This document shows positions 26,649 through 36,451 of a stretch of 64,000 bases of DNA, in pieces. The stretch's first letter is position 1. Each line of letters opens with the position of its first letter. The notes under the pieces were generated by a model that was not told the DNA's origin, ran no database searches, and saw nothing but the letters and a program-made list of their open reading frames with translations. A program made the translations under genes and the position numbers. The stretch covers positions 1,599 through 65,598 of the forward strand of contig WQXO01000001.1 of assembly GCA_009784825.1 (NCBI GenBank), read 5' to 3'. This stretch comes from Oscillospiraceae bacterium. GTDB lineage: Bacteria > Bacillota > Clostridia > Oscillospirales > Ruminococcaceae.

Positions 26649-26707
26649 TTAATAAACAAGCAGGGACGCCATATATGGCGTCCGTGCTATATCGGTAAGG
26701 AGCTACC

Positions 26708-27544
26708 ATGAAAACGGCAACCAGTATTGTTTTCGGTGTGATTTTAGGAATCGCTGTTATAGTAATGCGGGCATTTTTCCCCGACCTGTTCCCTTGGTGG
26801 ACAGTGTTCTTAATCACTTTTGCTATAATAGTAATTATTTCGATTATTAATATACTGATACAAAATACCGCCATTAAAAAGATTGACGGTATATATGACC
26901 CTGACGAGAAATTAGCGGCTTTGAACAAGGCTATGAAGCGGTTCGTGGGGAACGAGAAAAGCCAGCCGCACAAATTATTAAAGTGCCAGCTTCTTATAAT
27001 TGCGGGGTGGACAGACTTATCAAAGGCTGACAACAATTCTGCTTTTACCGCTTTTGAGGAGGCTCGAATAATCCTCACTTCACAAAAACCCACAGCAATA
27101 ACAAGGCAAAGCATTAAACAGCATGAAATCAATATTTACGCCGGATTAGCCCAATGTCTTACCCATATGGGCAGGTTTGACGAGGCGGAGCAGGTTTTGT
27201 CTTATTTTAACGCCCCTATCGACAATCCGTTATCGTATTGCATTTTACAGTTGGTGAGTGCGGATTTATTGGTTCATAAGGGGGACACTCAAAGGGCTCG
27301 TGTGATTATTGAGGATATTGCTCCGAAAATGCAGACCATTTCTGAAAATATGAAACGTCCGGATGTTTTGTATGACGTTATTCTTGTTGAAGCGGCTATA
27401 TTAATGGCAGAAGGCGATTATGAACAGGCGAGGGCGAAATTTGAAAGCGTTTTAGATAATTCAGGGCATTACAGCCACCATAGGGAAGCAAGGGAAGCGA
27501 TTGCTCAAATAGAGAATTCGTTAACAGAAAAGGAGTTATTATGA
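26708..27544 (+). CDS. membrane protein with a TPR-like C-terminal region, unknown function
   Basis: AAGGAG SD. Two N-terminal TM helices. Translationally coupled to the next gene (ATGA overlap). Confidence 0.5.
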   Translation: MKTATSIVFGVILGIAVIVMRAFFPDLFPWWTVFLITFAIIVIISIINILIQNTAIKKIDGIYDPDEKLAALNKAMKRFVGNEKSQPHKLLKCQLLIIAGWTDLSKADNNSAFTAFEEARIILTSQKPTAITRQSIKQHEINIYAGLAQCLTHMGRFDEAEQVLSYFNAPIDNPLSYCILQLVSADLLVHKGDTQRARVIIEDIAPKMQTISENMKRPDVLYDVILVEAAILMAEGDYEQARAKFESVLDNSGHYSHHREAREAIAQIENSLTEKELL

Positions 27545-28746
27545 CAGGGAAATGTTTAATAATCGGGGCAGGCGGTGTGGCAGGGGTTGCCGTTCATAAG
27601 TGCTGCCAAAACAGTGAAGTGTTTAAGGAAATCATGATTGCCTCCCGCACTAAGTCAAAGTGCGACGCCCTTAAAAATCAGTTACAGGGGAAAACATCGA
27701 CAATTATTCACACTGCACAGGTTGACGCAGATAATGTCGATGAAGTAATCACATTAATAAACTCGTTCAAGCCTGATGTGGTTTTGAACCTTGCACTGCC
27801 TTATCAGGATTTGTCAATTATGGAGGCTTGCCTTGCTACAAAAACACACTATGTCGATACTGCGAATTATGAACCGCTTGACACTGCGAAGTTCGAGTAT
27901 AAGTGGCAGTGGGCATATCGGGAGCGGTTTAAGGAGGCAGGAATAACCGCATTACTCGGGAGCGGGTTTGACCCGGGTGTTACAGGGGTTTTCTGTGCTT
28001 ATGCAATGAAACACTATTTCGACGAGATTCACTATATTGATATTCTCGACTGTAACGGCGGCGACCACGGTTATCCGTTTGCGACGAATTTTAACCCGGA
28101 GATTAACATTCGTGAGGTTTCGGCAAAAGGTAAATATTGGGAGAACGGTAAATGGGTTGAAACTGAGCCTATGGAAATTAAGCGGGAGTATGACTTTGAG
28201 GGAGTGGGCATGAAAGACATATACCTGCTTTATCATGAGGAACTCGAGTCGTTGGCTCAAAATATTAAGGGAATTAAGAGAATAAGGTTTTTCATGACGT
28301 TTGGGCAGAGTTATCTGACACATTTGAAGTGCCTTGAAAATGTTGGTATGACTTCAATTGAACCCGTGATGTTCCAAGGGAATGAAATAGTCCCCATTCA
28401 GTTTTTGGCGGCGGTTCTACCCGACCCTGCTTCATTAGGCCCGAGAACCCACGGTAAAACTAACATCGGCTGTATAATACAGGGGGTTAAGGATAACAAA
28501 CCCGTCACCTATTATGTTTATAACATATGCGACCATCAGGAGTGTTACAAGGAAGTCGGCTCGCAGGCTATATCGTATACTACCGGCGTTCCGGCGATGA
28601 TTGGTGCTATGTTAATTATGCAAGGTGTTTGGGATAAAGCGGGGGTATTCAATATTGAGGAGTTTGACCCCGACCCGTTCATGGAAGCACTGAACAAGTG
28701 GGGATTACCGTGGCAGGAGTGTTTTGACCCGAAGTTAGTGGATTAA
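27541..28746 (+). CDS. saccharopine dehydrogenase-family protein, carboxynorspermidine synthase-like
   Basis: 401 aa. N-terminal IIGAGGVAGV NAD(P) motif. Length and overall pattern fit the family as I recall it. Confidence 0.7.
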   Translation: MTGKCLIIGAGGVAGVAVHKCCQNSEVFKEIMIASRTKSKCDALKNQLQGKTSTIIHTAQVDADNVDEVITLINSFKPDVVLNLALPYQDLSIMEACLATKTHYVDTANYEPLDTAKFEYKWQWAYRERFKEAGITALLGSGFDPGVTGVFCAYAMKHYFDEIHYIDILDCNGGDHGYPFATNFNPEINIREVSAKGKYWENGKWVETEPMEIKREYDFEGVGMKDIYLLYHEELESLAQNIKGIKRIRFFMTFGQSYLTHLKCLENVGMTSIEPVMFQGNEIVPIQFLAAVLPDPASLGPRTHGKTNIGCIIQGVKDNKPVTYYVYNICDHQECYKEVGSQAISYTTGVPAMIGAMLIMQGVWDKAGVFNIEEFDPDPFMEALNKWGLPWQECFDPKLVD

Positions 28747-28762
28747 TATACAGTTATACAAA

Positions 28763-28791
28763 ACAGCCTTTACTTTTTACGGTAAAGGCTG
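28763..28791. terminator. bidirectional hairpin terminator between convergent genes
   Basis: CAGCCTTTAC .. GTAAAGGCTG. Confidence 0.65.
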
Positions 28792-28801
28792 TAAATTATT
28801 T

Positions 28802-28840
28802 AATTGTCAATTGTCAACTGTACATTGTCAATTGTTCGTC
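28802..28840. repeat. five tandem AATTGTC-type heptamers + CGTC (copy A)
   Basis: aattgtc aattgtc aactgta cattgtc aattgtt cgtc. 34/39 identical (ungapped) to 57959-57997. Confidence 0.85.
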
Positions 28841-30104
28841 ACCCTACTATTCCCGACCTTTCAATACCCTCTACGAAATACTTCTGCAGGAAGATATACA
28901 TTAACAATATCGGGGCGATTGACATTAGACACCCTGCCTGCACCCACACAATATACTGGGTAGGCCCTCCTACCTGCCGCCCCTCATTCAGGAACGCTGA
29001 CATAGACCTCCACAGGTTCTCCACAGCTAATGCAATTGTGTTGGAATCGTTGAAGAACATTCCCGATACATAACTGTCGTTCCAGTACCACACCACCGAG
29101 AAAATGAATACCGTTAAGTAAGACACTAATGCGTTGGGTATCATAATCCTTACGAAAGTTGAAACGGGCCCGCAACCGTCAAGGTGAGCGGCATCTTCTA
29201 ATTCCTTAGGCAGTCCTCTGAAGAATTGCCTGAACAGCAGAATAAACAATCCCGCTCTTATTCCGTTGCAGAAGAACGCCTGCATAAACAACGCCACGGG
29301 CTTGTCAACCAAATTAAGCGGTTCACCGTTAATCAAGGTAAATATACCGAGAATGTCGAAAAATCTGAAGTTTACATACAGCGGGATAAGCAAAATCTGG
29401 ATAGGCACAATCATTTGAAGAATTACTATTCCGAACAGCAACCCCCTGCCTCTGAACTTAAACCTTGCAAAGCCGTATCCCGTTATTGAGCAGGTAATAA
29501 CCTGAATAATCGAGCAACCGACGTTAATAAACAAGGTTTGCGTAAAAACAGACGTAAAGTTCATCGCAACAAAGGTTTCTCTAAAGTTCTCGAACCTAAA
29601 GGTTTTGGGAATCCACATGATTGACGGGTCTGCCGTGTCCGCTTGCGGTTTAACCGAGGAGGTCAGCATGTACAGTATCGGATACAGGATAATGAACGAA
29701 AGCCCGATTAACAATACATAATGGAAGAAAGGCCATACCGCTTCGGCTATTCTTCTGCCGAAGATATAGCGGTAGTGCTTTTTCTCCTCTTCGGAATAAG
29801 AACGGAAATTCTTGAGGATTTGCACGTTTGAAACGTGATATTTCTTGCGAATTTCCTTGTTCTTTTTGTCAATCGCCTTTTGCTCTTTTCGGGTAAGCGC
29901 CTCTTTTGGCATACCCATGTCGAAGTCCGCCGCTTTGCGAACCTCTTTTGTTTCCTCGACGATTTCTACTACTGTTTCTTCGGCGGTTTCTGCTACTGCT
30001 TCTTCCTGCGGAACATCAACAACTTCTTCTTGCGGGACGTTGTGGGCAACGTCCCCTACGGTTGTTTCCGCAGCTTTAATCTCGACTTTTTTCTTTTTAG
30101 CCAT
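28839..30104 (-). CDS. MalG-type ABC permease with a ~110-aa charged N-terminal extension
   Basis: EAA-loop ELEDAAHLDGCGPVSTFVRIMIPNA. Six predicted TM helices. N-terminal E/V/K-rich segment. Confidence 0.8.
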   Translation of the reverse strand: MAKKKKVEIKAAETTVGDVAHNVPQEEVVDVPQEEAVAETAEETVVEIVEETKEVRKAADFDMGMPKEALTRKEQKAIDKKNKEIRKKYHVSNVQILKNFRSYSEEEKKHYRYIFGRRIAEAVWPFFHYVLLIGLSFIILYPILYMLTSSVKPQADTADPSIMWIPKTFRFENFRETFVAMNFTSVFTQTLFINVGCSIIQVITCSITGYGFARFKFRGRGLLFGIVILQMIVPIQILLIPLYVNFRFFDILGIFTLINGEPLNLVDKPVALFMQAFFCNGIRAGLFILLFRQFFRGLPKELEDAAHLDGCGPVSTFVRIMIPNALVSYLTVFIFSVVWYWNDSYVSGMFFNDSNTIALAVENLWRSMSAFLNEGRQVGGPTQYIVWVQAGCLMSIAPILLMYIFLQKYFVEGIERSGIVG

Positions 30105-30116
30105 TATATTACCTCA

Positions 30117-31502
30117 TCAATCTACTTGGTAGAATACAAATTTTGATACAATCGCCACAATTATCGCCAATGCCAATGCAATAATCACGAAATAAATCCA
30201 CGCTATTGCCGAACTGTACCCATACTTCAGCCCTCGAGCATTTACCATAACCAATTTCATAACAGGGTTCTGCGAATCACTGAAGTTATCGATAACAGTG
30301 TATATCAAATTGGCCAATATCATCGGACTTATCGTGGGGAAGGTGATTTTCCAGAAGAACTCCCACCCTGTTGCCCCCTCCATTGAAGCAGCTTCCTTAG
30401 CTGATACGGGGATTTGTTGTAATGCGGCGAGGAATATCAATATCTGTATTCCCGATTTCCATATAAGGTTAAATATATCACTGGTGGTTTCCGACACAAA
30501 TGTGGTGAACTCCTCGCTTATGTTATATAATCCTAAGAAACGCATAAACCCGTCAACTAAGTCGGTTTTGAACAATGTCGAAAACTGTGCCGCACCTCCG
30601 CTCGCCCCCTGCGACATAATGTCACCGTTGATTACTGCGATTACGGGACCTGTCGCAATCAACACGGGGAGGAAGAAAATCGCTCTCATGAATGCACGCC
30701 CCTTGAACTTCTGGTTCAACAGAATGGCTATAAACAAGCTCAGCACTAATATTAATGAAACATTCGGTAACATTCCCCACAGCGACGCCGCTAAATCTGT
30801 AATATAATCCGGGTCGGTCAAAAAAGCATATTTGTAATGCTCGAAGTCGTTCCATTCCAAATGGATACCGGGGGCTGTCATTCCGTATTCCTCAACACGG
30901 TTAGCGTCAACCAGAGTTGTGGTGTTAAAGGAATAGTTAAGCGATTGTGCTAACGGCATTAAGAACATATACAGAACGCCTACCGCCCATAATGCAATAA
31001 ACCCATACCCGTAAAGCCGCTTTTTCCGCTCATACGAAAGGCGGCTTCCCGACGAGCTTTCGATAACCCTCCGCCGGCTCGAAACCTCACGCTCAAGCTC
31101 GTCATTCTTCTTCTTTGCGTAATATTCAATATCAGCTTTCATCGATTCGTCGGACGTTTTCTTCAATTCCTTTTCGACATAAGCTTTTATTTTCCTACGC
31201 TCCTTGTCAGCACGTTTATCGAGTGCTTTGAGCTTTTTCTCGATATAGATTTTACGTTTTGCCGCAATTTTTTCTAACTTTATTCGTTCGAGTTCTTTTT
31301 CCTTGGCGATTTCCTCGGGAGTTTTTTCCTTGATTTTCTTAGGGTTCAACAGCCTCGGGTCATCACTTTCTGCGGCAACCTTCTTTGCATCTTCTTGGTC
31401 TGCTTTTAAAACAGGCTCTTCCTGTATTGTTTCAGGAACTTTTTCTTCAATCGGCGGTACTTCAGATACATTGTCCGCTGTCTTTTTTTTCTTATCCGGC
31501 AT
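30117..31502 (-). CDS. MalF-type ABC permease with a ~165-aa K/E-rich N-terminal extension
   Basis: EAA-loop AKEAASMEGATGWEFFWKITFPTISP. The N-terminus is low-complexity K/E coiled-coil-like. Overlaps the upstream gene by 11 nt. Confidence 0.8.
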   Translation of the reverse strand: MPDKKKKTADNVSEVPPIEEKVPETIQEEPVLKADQEDAKKVAAESDDPRLLNPKKIKEKTPEEIAKEKELERIKLEKIAAKRKIYIEKKLKALDKRADKERRKIKAYVEKELKKTSDESMKADIEYYAKKKNDELEREVSSRRRVIESSSGSRLSYERKKRLYGYGFIALWAVGVLYMFLMPLAQSLNYSFNTTTLVDANRVEEYGMTAPGIHLEWNDFEHYKYAFLTDPDYITDLAASLWGMLPNVSLILVLSLFIAILLNQKFKGRAFMRAIFFLPVLIATGPVIAVINGDIMSQGASGGAAQFSTLFKTDLVDGFMRFLGLYNISEEFTTFVSETTSDIFNLIWKSGIQILIFLAALQQIPVSAKEAASMEGATGWEFFWKITFPTISPMILANLIYTVIDNFSDSQNPVMKLVMVNARGLKYGYSSAIAWIYFVIIALALAIIVAIVSKFVFYQVD

Positions 31503-34185
31503 ATGAAGCCCTCCTGTTCAACCCGTATTCTCCGAAATCAATTGTTTGCCCGTTTACCCTCAGCTCGCCTGTGTCGATGTTTACATAGATTGTTTTCCCG
31601 CCCTCGAACGTGGTTTCGGTTTCGTAAACCGATATTCGCTTGTGGTCGATTATTCGCTTATCTGAAACATCTGCAATCACAAACTTAAACAACTCGTATT
31701 CTTTTACCGATTTTTCAACCCAGCCCGTGTAGTTAGCATAGAACTTTCTGTTATACTCACTTGCAGTGAACTCGCTCGGGTTGGTGTGCATAAAATCATA
31801 ATGTAATGGTGTTCCTGTTGACAGTGCAAGCAGCCTTAACGTGTCGGAGTCTGCACTGGCGTTGAACGCTTTGGTGGAATGCGGGATTAACCCGTGAATT
31901 ACAATTTGATAAAGCGGAATGTCATAATCGAATATATCGTAATTAGACGAGAACAGGGGCACTTGAATAATTTCATCGACATACGGCAGAGCGTAGGCGT
32001 TAGCAGACTGTGCTAAAATTGTAATCCCTGCATCGTTGAGTTTTTGATACCCCTCTGTCAAAATCTGAACCGTGTCTCTTCTATTGTAATACATTCCGCC
32101 GTATGGGTTTCTCCTTGAAAAATCGCTGTATAATAAGCTGGTTGCACGGTCAAGCGAGATGGAGGTTATTCCCTCAGCGTTAAACGATTTTATTAATCTT
32201 TCAAAAACATCGTTAAAATAGTGCGGTGATAAAATAGTCCATGAATCCTGCAGTTTATCCACTGTTCCGAAAGCATATTCATATTTCTCCTGTGAAGCGT
32301 ATGCTCTTGTCACCTGTTTTGAGGAATTAAGCAAATACGAGTATCCGTTACCGGACTTGAAGTATTCCATCATATTAACACTCGGATACAGGGAATACCC
32401 GTTTTCAACTATAAAATCGTTGAACTTTTTATAATCGCTCTTCCCTCCCAGTCGGCTTGAATACTGCACCGTCGGTGTTATTTCCCGCTTTATTCCCGCT
32501 GTGTTAAAATCAATATAGGTAATGATTAAGTCTTCTGCACCGATTTCTTTGAGCATTTGTGCAATTTCCAACGCTTCTGCATATGTTGTTGCCGTGGATT
32601 GTAAATCAACCGGGAAACCTAATATCGAGTGGGTTTTAACTGTTCCGCCGTTTAATGTGAGATAATATGGTGAGGAATTGGGTTTAGATTTATTTTGCAA
32701 TCCCTTATATTCTATAAGGTATTCCCGATAGGTGTTGCCTACATCTACATAAGACAGATTTTCACCGGACAACAGGTAATACCTAACTGCTATATCGCCT
32801 GTTTTAATTCCTCCCTGCTCAAATATAGTAAGCTCGGAATTTCGAGTTCCTATGTAGTAAGAGTCGGTTGTCCGTGTTCTAAACTCAAACCATGCCGCAT
32901 TATAGGTGGTTGCGTTTTGGCGGGAAACATTCGCTCTTATGAAAGCGTTTTCGTCACCTTTTTCTGCAATTGCCACAAGGACGTTATCGCCAAGCTCTGC
33001 GTTTTTACGAACTATACCGAACATGGGGAAGAACACCTGCTCAATGACCGGCGGGGCGAGTTTTTGTGAAACAGCCAAATCCCTCCCGTAAACCTGCCCG
33101 TTATACAAAGCGGCGTTGGTTTTTTGGTTGTCGAATTCGATTACCGCACCCGAACCGTCGGGGACTACTATATACCCGTCTTCTCCTTCGGGTGCTGCTC
33201 CGAAGCTGTTCAGCACAGACATTGAAAGCATTAAACTGCCCGATTCGGTAAGAATATCAGTTTCGTTAATTTTATCTACCGGTACTAATACGTATAGGCT
33301 GTTACCGTCAAGCGTAACCTCCATAACCGATTTTAAAACTGTTATATTTCTTCTTTTAAAGTTAAAGTGGAAACGGACACCGTTTTCAATTTTCTCAATT
33401 TTTTCACAAGCGGAAACATAAATGTCGTCATTCAAAAAACCTTTTTCCCGAGTGTTTGAGCGGACATTTGCGGTAGTATATGATACCGGGTTTCCCGACA
33501 CCCATGTAAACATGGAGGATAAGTTATCTACCTGTGCCCCTTTAGCTACCGAGTCGTGCGTTGCATTAATGGGGGATGACCACCATATAAATCCGTTGGC
33601 CTTGTTGCGTACGCCGAACATAATATCTTGTTTTGTTTTTTCACGCTGTAATCTGATTATAACTTGATAAAACTGCACTTCGCCGTCTTCGTATATGAGT
33701 CTGCCGCTTTGGTTAGCCTCGTAGACTAATGCTCCGCTTTCGTCAAACGGGATTGAAACAGGCACAAACTCGCCACGCTCAACTTCGATGTTTACTTCAT
33801 ATGATACCGGCTTACCGCTCCCGTCTAATATAAACTTACCGTCTCTCTTATTCGGGGCAAAGTTCAGCTCACCCTCTTCGTTAAAGGCGAAATTGTTATT
33901 TTCGTCAACGGGAATATTAACCTCATGTGCGTCTGTCGTAATATAATCATAGGTGTCGACAACCCAAAGCTCGAAAAACTCGTTCTCGGCGTAAAGCTCT
34001 GCCAAGTCAAGCATTTCGTCTTCTGTTCGGCGGGGAACGTCGGTGCGAATGTCTTCCTCCGGCTCTTCCTCAACCAAGATTTCGTCGTTTTCACCGTCCT
34101 CGGCAAAAAGCGACTGCTGTCCGAATGAAACTGCCAACACCCCTATCAGAAACGCAGTTATTAACTTGTTTTTTAATTTAAGCAT
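31492..34185 (-). CDS. large secreted protein of unknown function (resembles DUF5696-type proteins as I recall them; unverified)
   Basis: 897 aa. Signal peptide MLKLKNKLITAFLIGVLAVSFGQQSLFA. GGAGGG SD. Confidence 0.5.
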   Translation of the reverse strand: MLKLKNKLITAFLIGVLAVSFGQQSLFAEDGENDEILVEEEPEEDIRTDVPRRTEDEMLDLAELYAENEFFELWVVDTYDYITTDAHEVNIPVDENNNFAFNEEGELNFAPNKRDGKFILDGSGKPVSYEVNIEVERGEFVPVSIPFDESGALVYEANQSGRLIYEDGEVQFYQVIIRLQREKTKQDIMFGVRNKANGFIWWSSPINATHDSVAKGAQVDNLSSMFTWVSGNPVSYTTANVRSNTREKGFLNDDIYVSACEKIEKIENGVRFHFNFKRRNITVLKSVMEVTLDGNSLYVLVPVDKINETDILTESGSLMLSMSVLNSFGAAPEGEDGYIVVPDGSGAVIEFDNQKTNAALYNGQVYGRDLAVSQKLAPPVIEQVFFPMFGIVRKNAELGDNVLVAIAEKGDENAFIRANVSRQNATTYNAAWFEFRTRTTDSYYIGTRNSELTIFEQGGIKTGDIAVRYYLLSGENLSYVDVGNTYREYLIEYKGLQNKSKPNSSPYYLTLNGGTVKTHSILGFPVDLQSTATTYAEALEIAQMLKEIGAEDLIITYIDFNTAGIKREITPTVQYSSRLGGKSDYKKFNDFIVENGYSLYPSVNMMEYFKSGNGYSYLLNSSKQVTRAYASQEKYEYAFGTVDKLQDSWTILSPHYFNDVFERLIKSFNAEGITSISLDRATSLLYSDFSRRNPYGGMYYNRRDTVQILTEGYQKLNDAGITILAQSANAYALPYVDEIIQVPLFSSNYDIFDYDIPLYQIVIHGLIPHSTKAFNASADSDTLRLLALSTGTPLHYDFMHTNPSEFTASEYNRKFYANYTGWVEKSVKEYELFKFVIADVSDKRIIDHKRISVYETETTFEGGKTIYVNIDTGELRVNGQTIDFGEYGLNRRASYAG

Positions 34186-34224
34186 ATTCCCTCCATTAGC
34201 GGGCAGATATGGAATCCGCCCCTA

Positions 34225-34860
34225 CTAAGATATTCTATATAGAACTTCTGTGTAAATCGTGTATAAAAATACGAAAATCTGTTGAAACAACGCAACAAGC
34301 AAAATTACAATAAACAGCATAATTACCATTGCCACAACGGTGAACACCATAGCCAGCAGCGTCTTCGGTACAGAATACTGGTGAACCGCTTTCATTGCCG
34401 CCGTCATCAAAATGAACGACCACCCGATTCCGAGGTACATGATAAACCACACGAAACCTCTCTCCGTCCATAAAAGAACATTGGTTGCCGCTGTGTTAAT
34501 CGCCATAGAAGCGATATAGGGGATTAGGGCATACGCACTCACAACGCATATGTTTCGCATTGAACCTTCCCCGTTGAACAATGTACACAGTGACCAGTTG
34601 CCGACCACCCATACAAAGAACAGCAGAATTGTTGAGGAGAAATACGGAACCACATTAAAAACCCGAACATATGCGGTATTGTATATAAACCCCGTCATAA
34701 TGCTTTCACACACAGTCACGATGAAAAACAACAACACGATTATCAATGCGACTTTCATGTTATAGCCTTTTTTCCACCTTAAATCCTCAAATCCCTCTAA
34801 CGGATGCTTGAGAATATAGAACGGCCACTTCCACGCCGGTAGATTTAAATCATAAACCAT
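34225..34860 (-). CDS. Yip1-like polytopic membrane protein
   Basis: 211 aa with about 5 TM helices. The topology and size fit the family; the assignment is tentative. Confidence 0.5.
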   Translation of the reverse strand: MVYDLNLPAWKWPFYILKHPLEGFEDLRWKKGYNMKVALIIVLLFFIVTVCESIMTGFIYNTAYVRVFNVVPYFSSTILLFFVWVVGNWSLCTLFNGEGSMRNICVVSAYALIPYIASMAINTAATNVLLWTERGFVWFIMYLGIGWSFILMTAAMKAVHQYSVPKTLLAMVFTVVAMVIMLFIVILLVALFQQIFVFLYTIYTEVLYRIS

Positions 34861-34866
34861 TGTGAT

Positions 34867-36438
34867 TTATCCTTTCGATGATGTATCTGCTTTAGCCTTT
34901 TTCTTTTTGCGGTATTTCATAAATATATTTAATCCGACGGCAAGCACTGTTACCGTGATTGCTATTGCTGTAAATGCGTCAAAGTTCTTTCGGATATAGT
35001 CTATTCGGAAGTCCTTAAACGCCCTGTTGTATCCGCCTCTCGAGTGCATGTAGAAATATGAGAGAGATTCTTCAAACTCACCGAGACTTAACATGGCGTT
35101 GCCCATTCCGATATAAGCCATGTAATAGTTGGCGTCACGCCTTAAGATTTCTTCCCACGGTTCTTTTGCTTCCGCATATAAACCTCTGTTAAACAGCTCC
35201 ATCGCTTCGTTGACAAGCTCGCCGAATTCCGTGAGTTTATAAACAGTCAGCGAGTTTTTAACACTGTCTAATATATACACTTTTTCGTCGTGGGTTTCAA
35301 TGGCTGACGGAGTGTTAAACAAACCTTTTTGTTCGCCTTTTCCGCCGAATATGAACATCAGTGAACCCTCATAATCATACTGGAAGATTTTACCCGAACG
35401 GAAATCCATTAAGAAAATATTCCCTTTATCGTCCACAGAAACATCAATAATTGAGGAACGATAACTGATACCATTCACATATGGTGTGTGGAAAGCACCC
35501 CATATCATCTCGTCATAGCCCTGCTGTTCAAATACATTTCTGCCTGCCGGGTCAAGTTTTTTCAAAACGTCTAAGCGGGCACTCCTCGCTTCGGTTACTG
35601 TGTAAATAAATCCGTCATTGTCAATCGTGAAGTTCGAGAACTCTACAGGAACGGGACGCACACGCTGTTCCATCTGTTCGGGGGTGAGGATATATTTCAA
35701 GAAATAGTTCAGCATGGCATTGAAGTTACGCTCAACTCTGTTAGCACCATAGTATCCGCTGAACGAGCCGCCCTCTTCAAACATGACTGCTCCCCGTGTA
35801 ATTGATTTGATACATATATACACGTTTCCGGCATTGTCGGCGACAACCTTCTTGGGATGGAACGTGACTGCCTGGTCATACAGGTGTGATGCCGGGCGGG
35901 TATATTCCATCCAGATTTTCCATTCACTGTCTACATCATCTCTATAACAAGCGATAACTCTTCCGTTGTCGTGGTCGGCGATATAAAGCCGTGTTTCCCC
36001 CCGCATGTTCATAACGTGAATTCCCTGCGGGCGGTTAAGCGTTGTTTTTGTTCCGATTTTCTGCGGGTCAAGCCGATAATTCTCACCGTATTCAAACACA
36101 CTTTGAACCTTTGTATTTTCTTTGTTAAAGCTATAATCGGTGATGACTATTCTGTTGTTGCCCGAATCGACAATGAACACTTCTCCCGTGTTGGGATAAA
36201 TGAACACGTCTGCCGGGTTTCTCAAACCTCCGGCAAGCCCCAAGTCTGCTCCGGTCACAACTCTGTCAACTATATAACCGTTTTGGGCGGGAATTGTTTC
36301 CCACCACCAGTCATAGTCAAAGGCGATATACGGTTCATCTGCCACTGACGTCATCGTAAACCCGACGACAATTACGGCAATGAGAAAAACCGCCATAAAC
36401 CTCGCTATCTTCTTTTTATTAATTCGCAGATTTTGCAT
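34867..36438 (-). CDS. membrane-tethered NHL-type beta-propeller protein with a TPR segment
   Basis: N-terminal signal anchor. About six blades with the G..NRI/GRV pattern (FIVDSGNNRIVITD, YIADHDNGRVIAC, ..). TPR-like YMAYIGMGNAMLSLGEFEESL. C-terminal TM helix plus a K-rich tail. Confidence 0.6.
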   Translation of the reverse strand: MQNLRINKKKIARFMAVFLIAVIVVGFTMTSVADEPYIAFDYDWWWETIPAQNGYIVDRVVTGADLGLAGGLRNPADVFIYPNTGEVFIVDSGNNRIVITDYSFNKENTKVQSVFEYGENYRLDPQKIGTKTTLNRPQGIHVMNMRGETRLYIADHDNGRVIACYRDDVDSEWKIWMEYTRPASHLYDQAVTFHPKKVVADNAGNVYICIKSITRGAVMFEEGGSFSGYYGANRVERNFNAMLNYFLKYILTPEQMEQRVRPVPVEFSNFTIDNDGFIYTVTEARSARLDVLKKLDPAGRNVFEQQGYDEMIWGAFHTPYVNGISYRSSIIDVSVDDKGNIFLMDFRSGKIFQYDYEGSLMFIFGGKGEQKGLFNTPSAIETHDEKVYILDSVKNSLTVYKLTEFGELVNEAMELFNRGLYAEAKEPWEEILRRDANYYMAYIGMGNAMLSLGEFEESLSYFYMHSRGGYNRAFKDFRIDYIRKNFDAFTAIAITVTVLAVGLNIFMKYRKKKKAKADTSSKG

Positions 36439-36451
36439 AGTTTCCTCCCGC

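Noticed and set aside
26611-27132. Minus-strand 173-aa hydrophobic ORF overlapping the start of the 26708..27544 gene.
   Set aside because: The plus-strand ORF has an AAGGAG SD and is translationally coupled to the downstream gene. The antisense hydrophobicity mirrors the TM-coding region.
27541-28746. A polyamine (norspermidine/spermidine) pathway cluster inferred from the carboxynorspermidine-synthase-like gene.
   Set aside because: The expected partner, carboxynorspermidine decarboxylase, is not adjacent. The upstream gene is an unrelated TPR membrane protein. A single gene does not support a pathway claim.
28802-28840. Whether the tandem heptamers, or any other short repeats, could be a CRISPR array.
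   Set aside because: The units are 7 nt with no spacers. No 24-40-nt repeat/spacer periodicity and no cas genes occur anywhere in the window.
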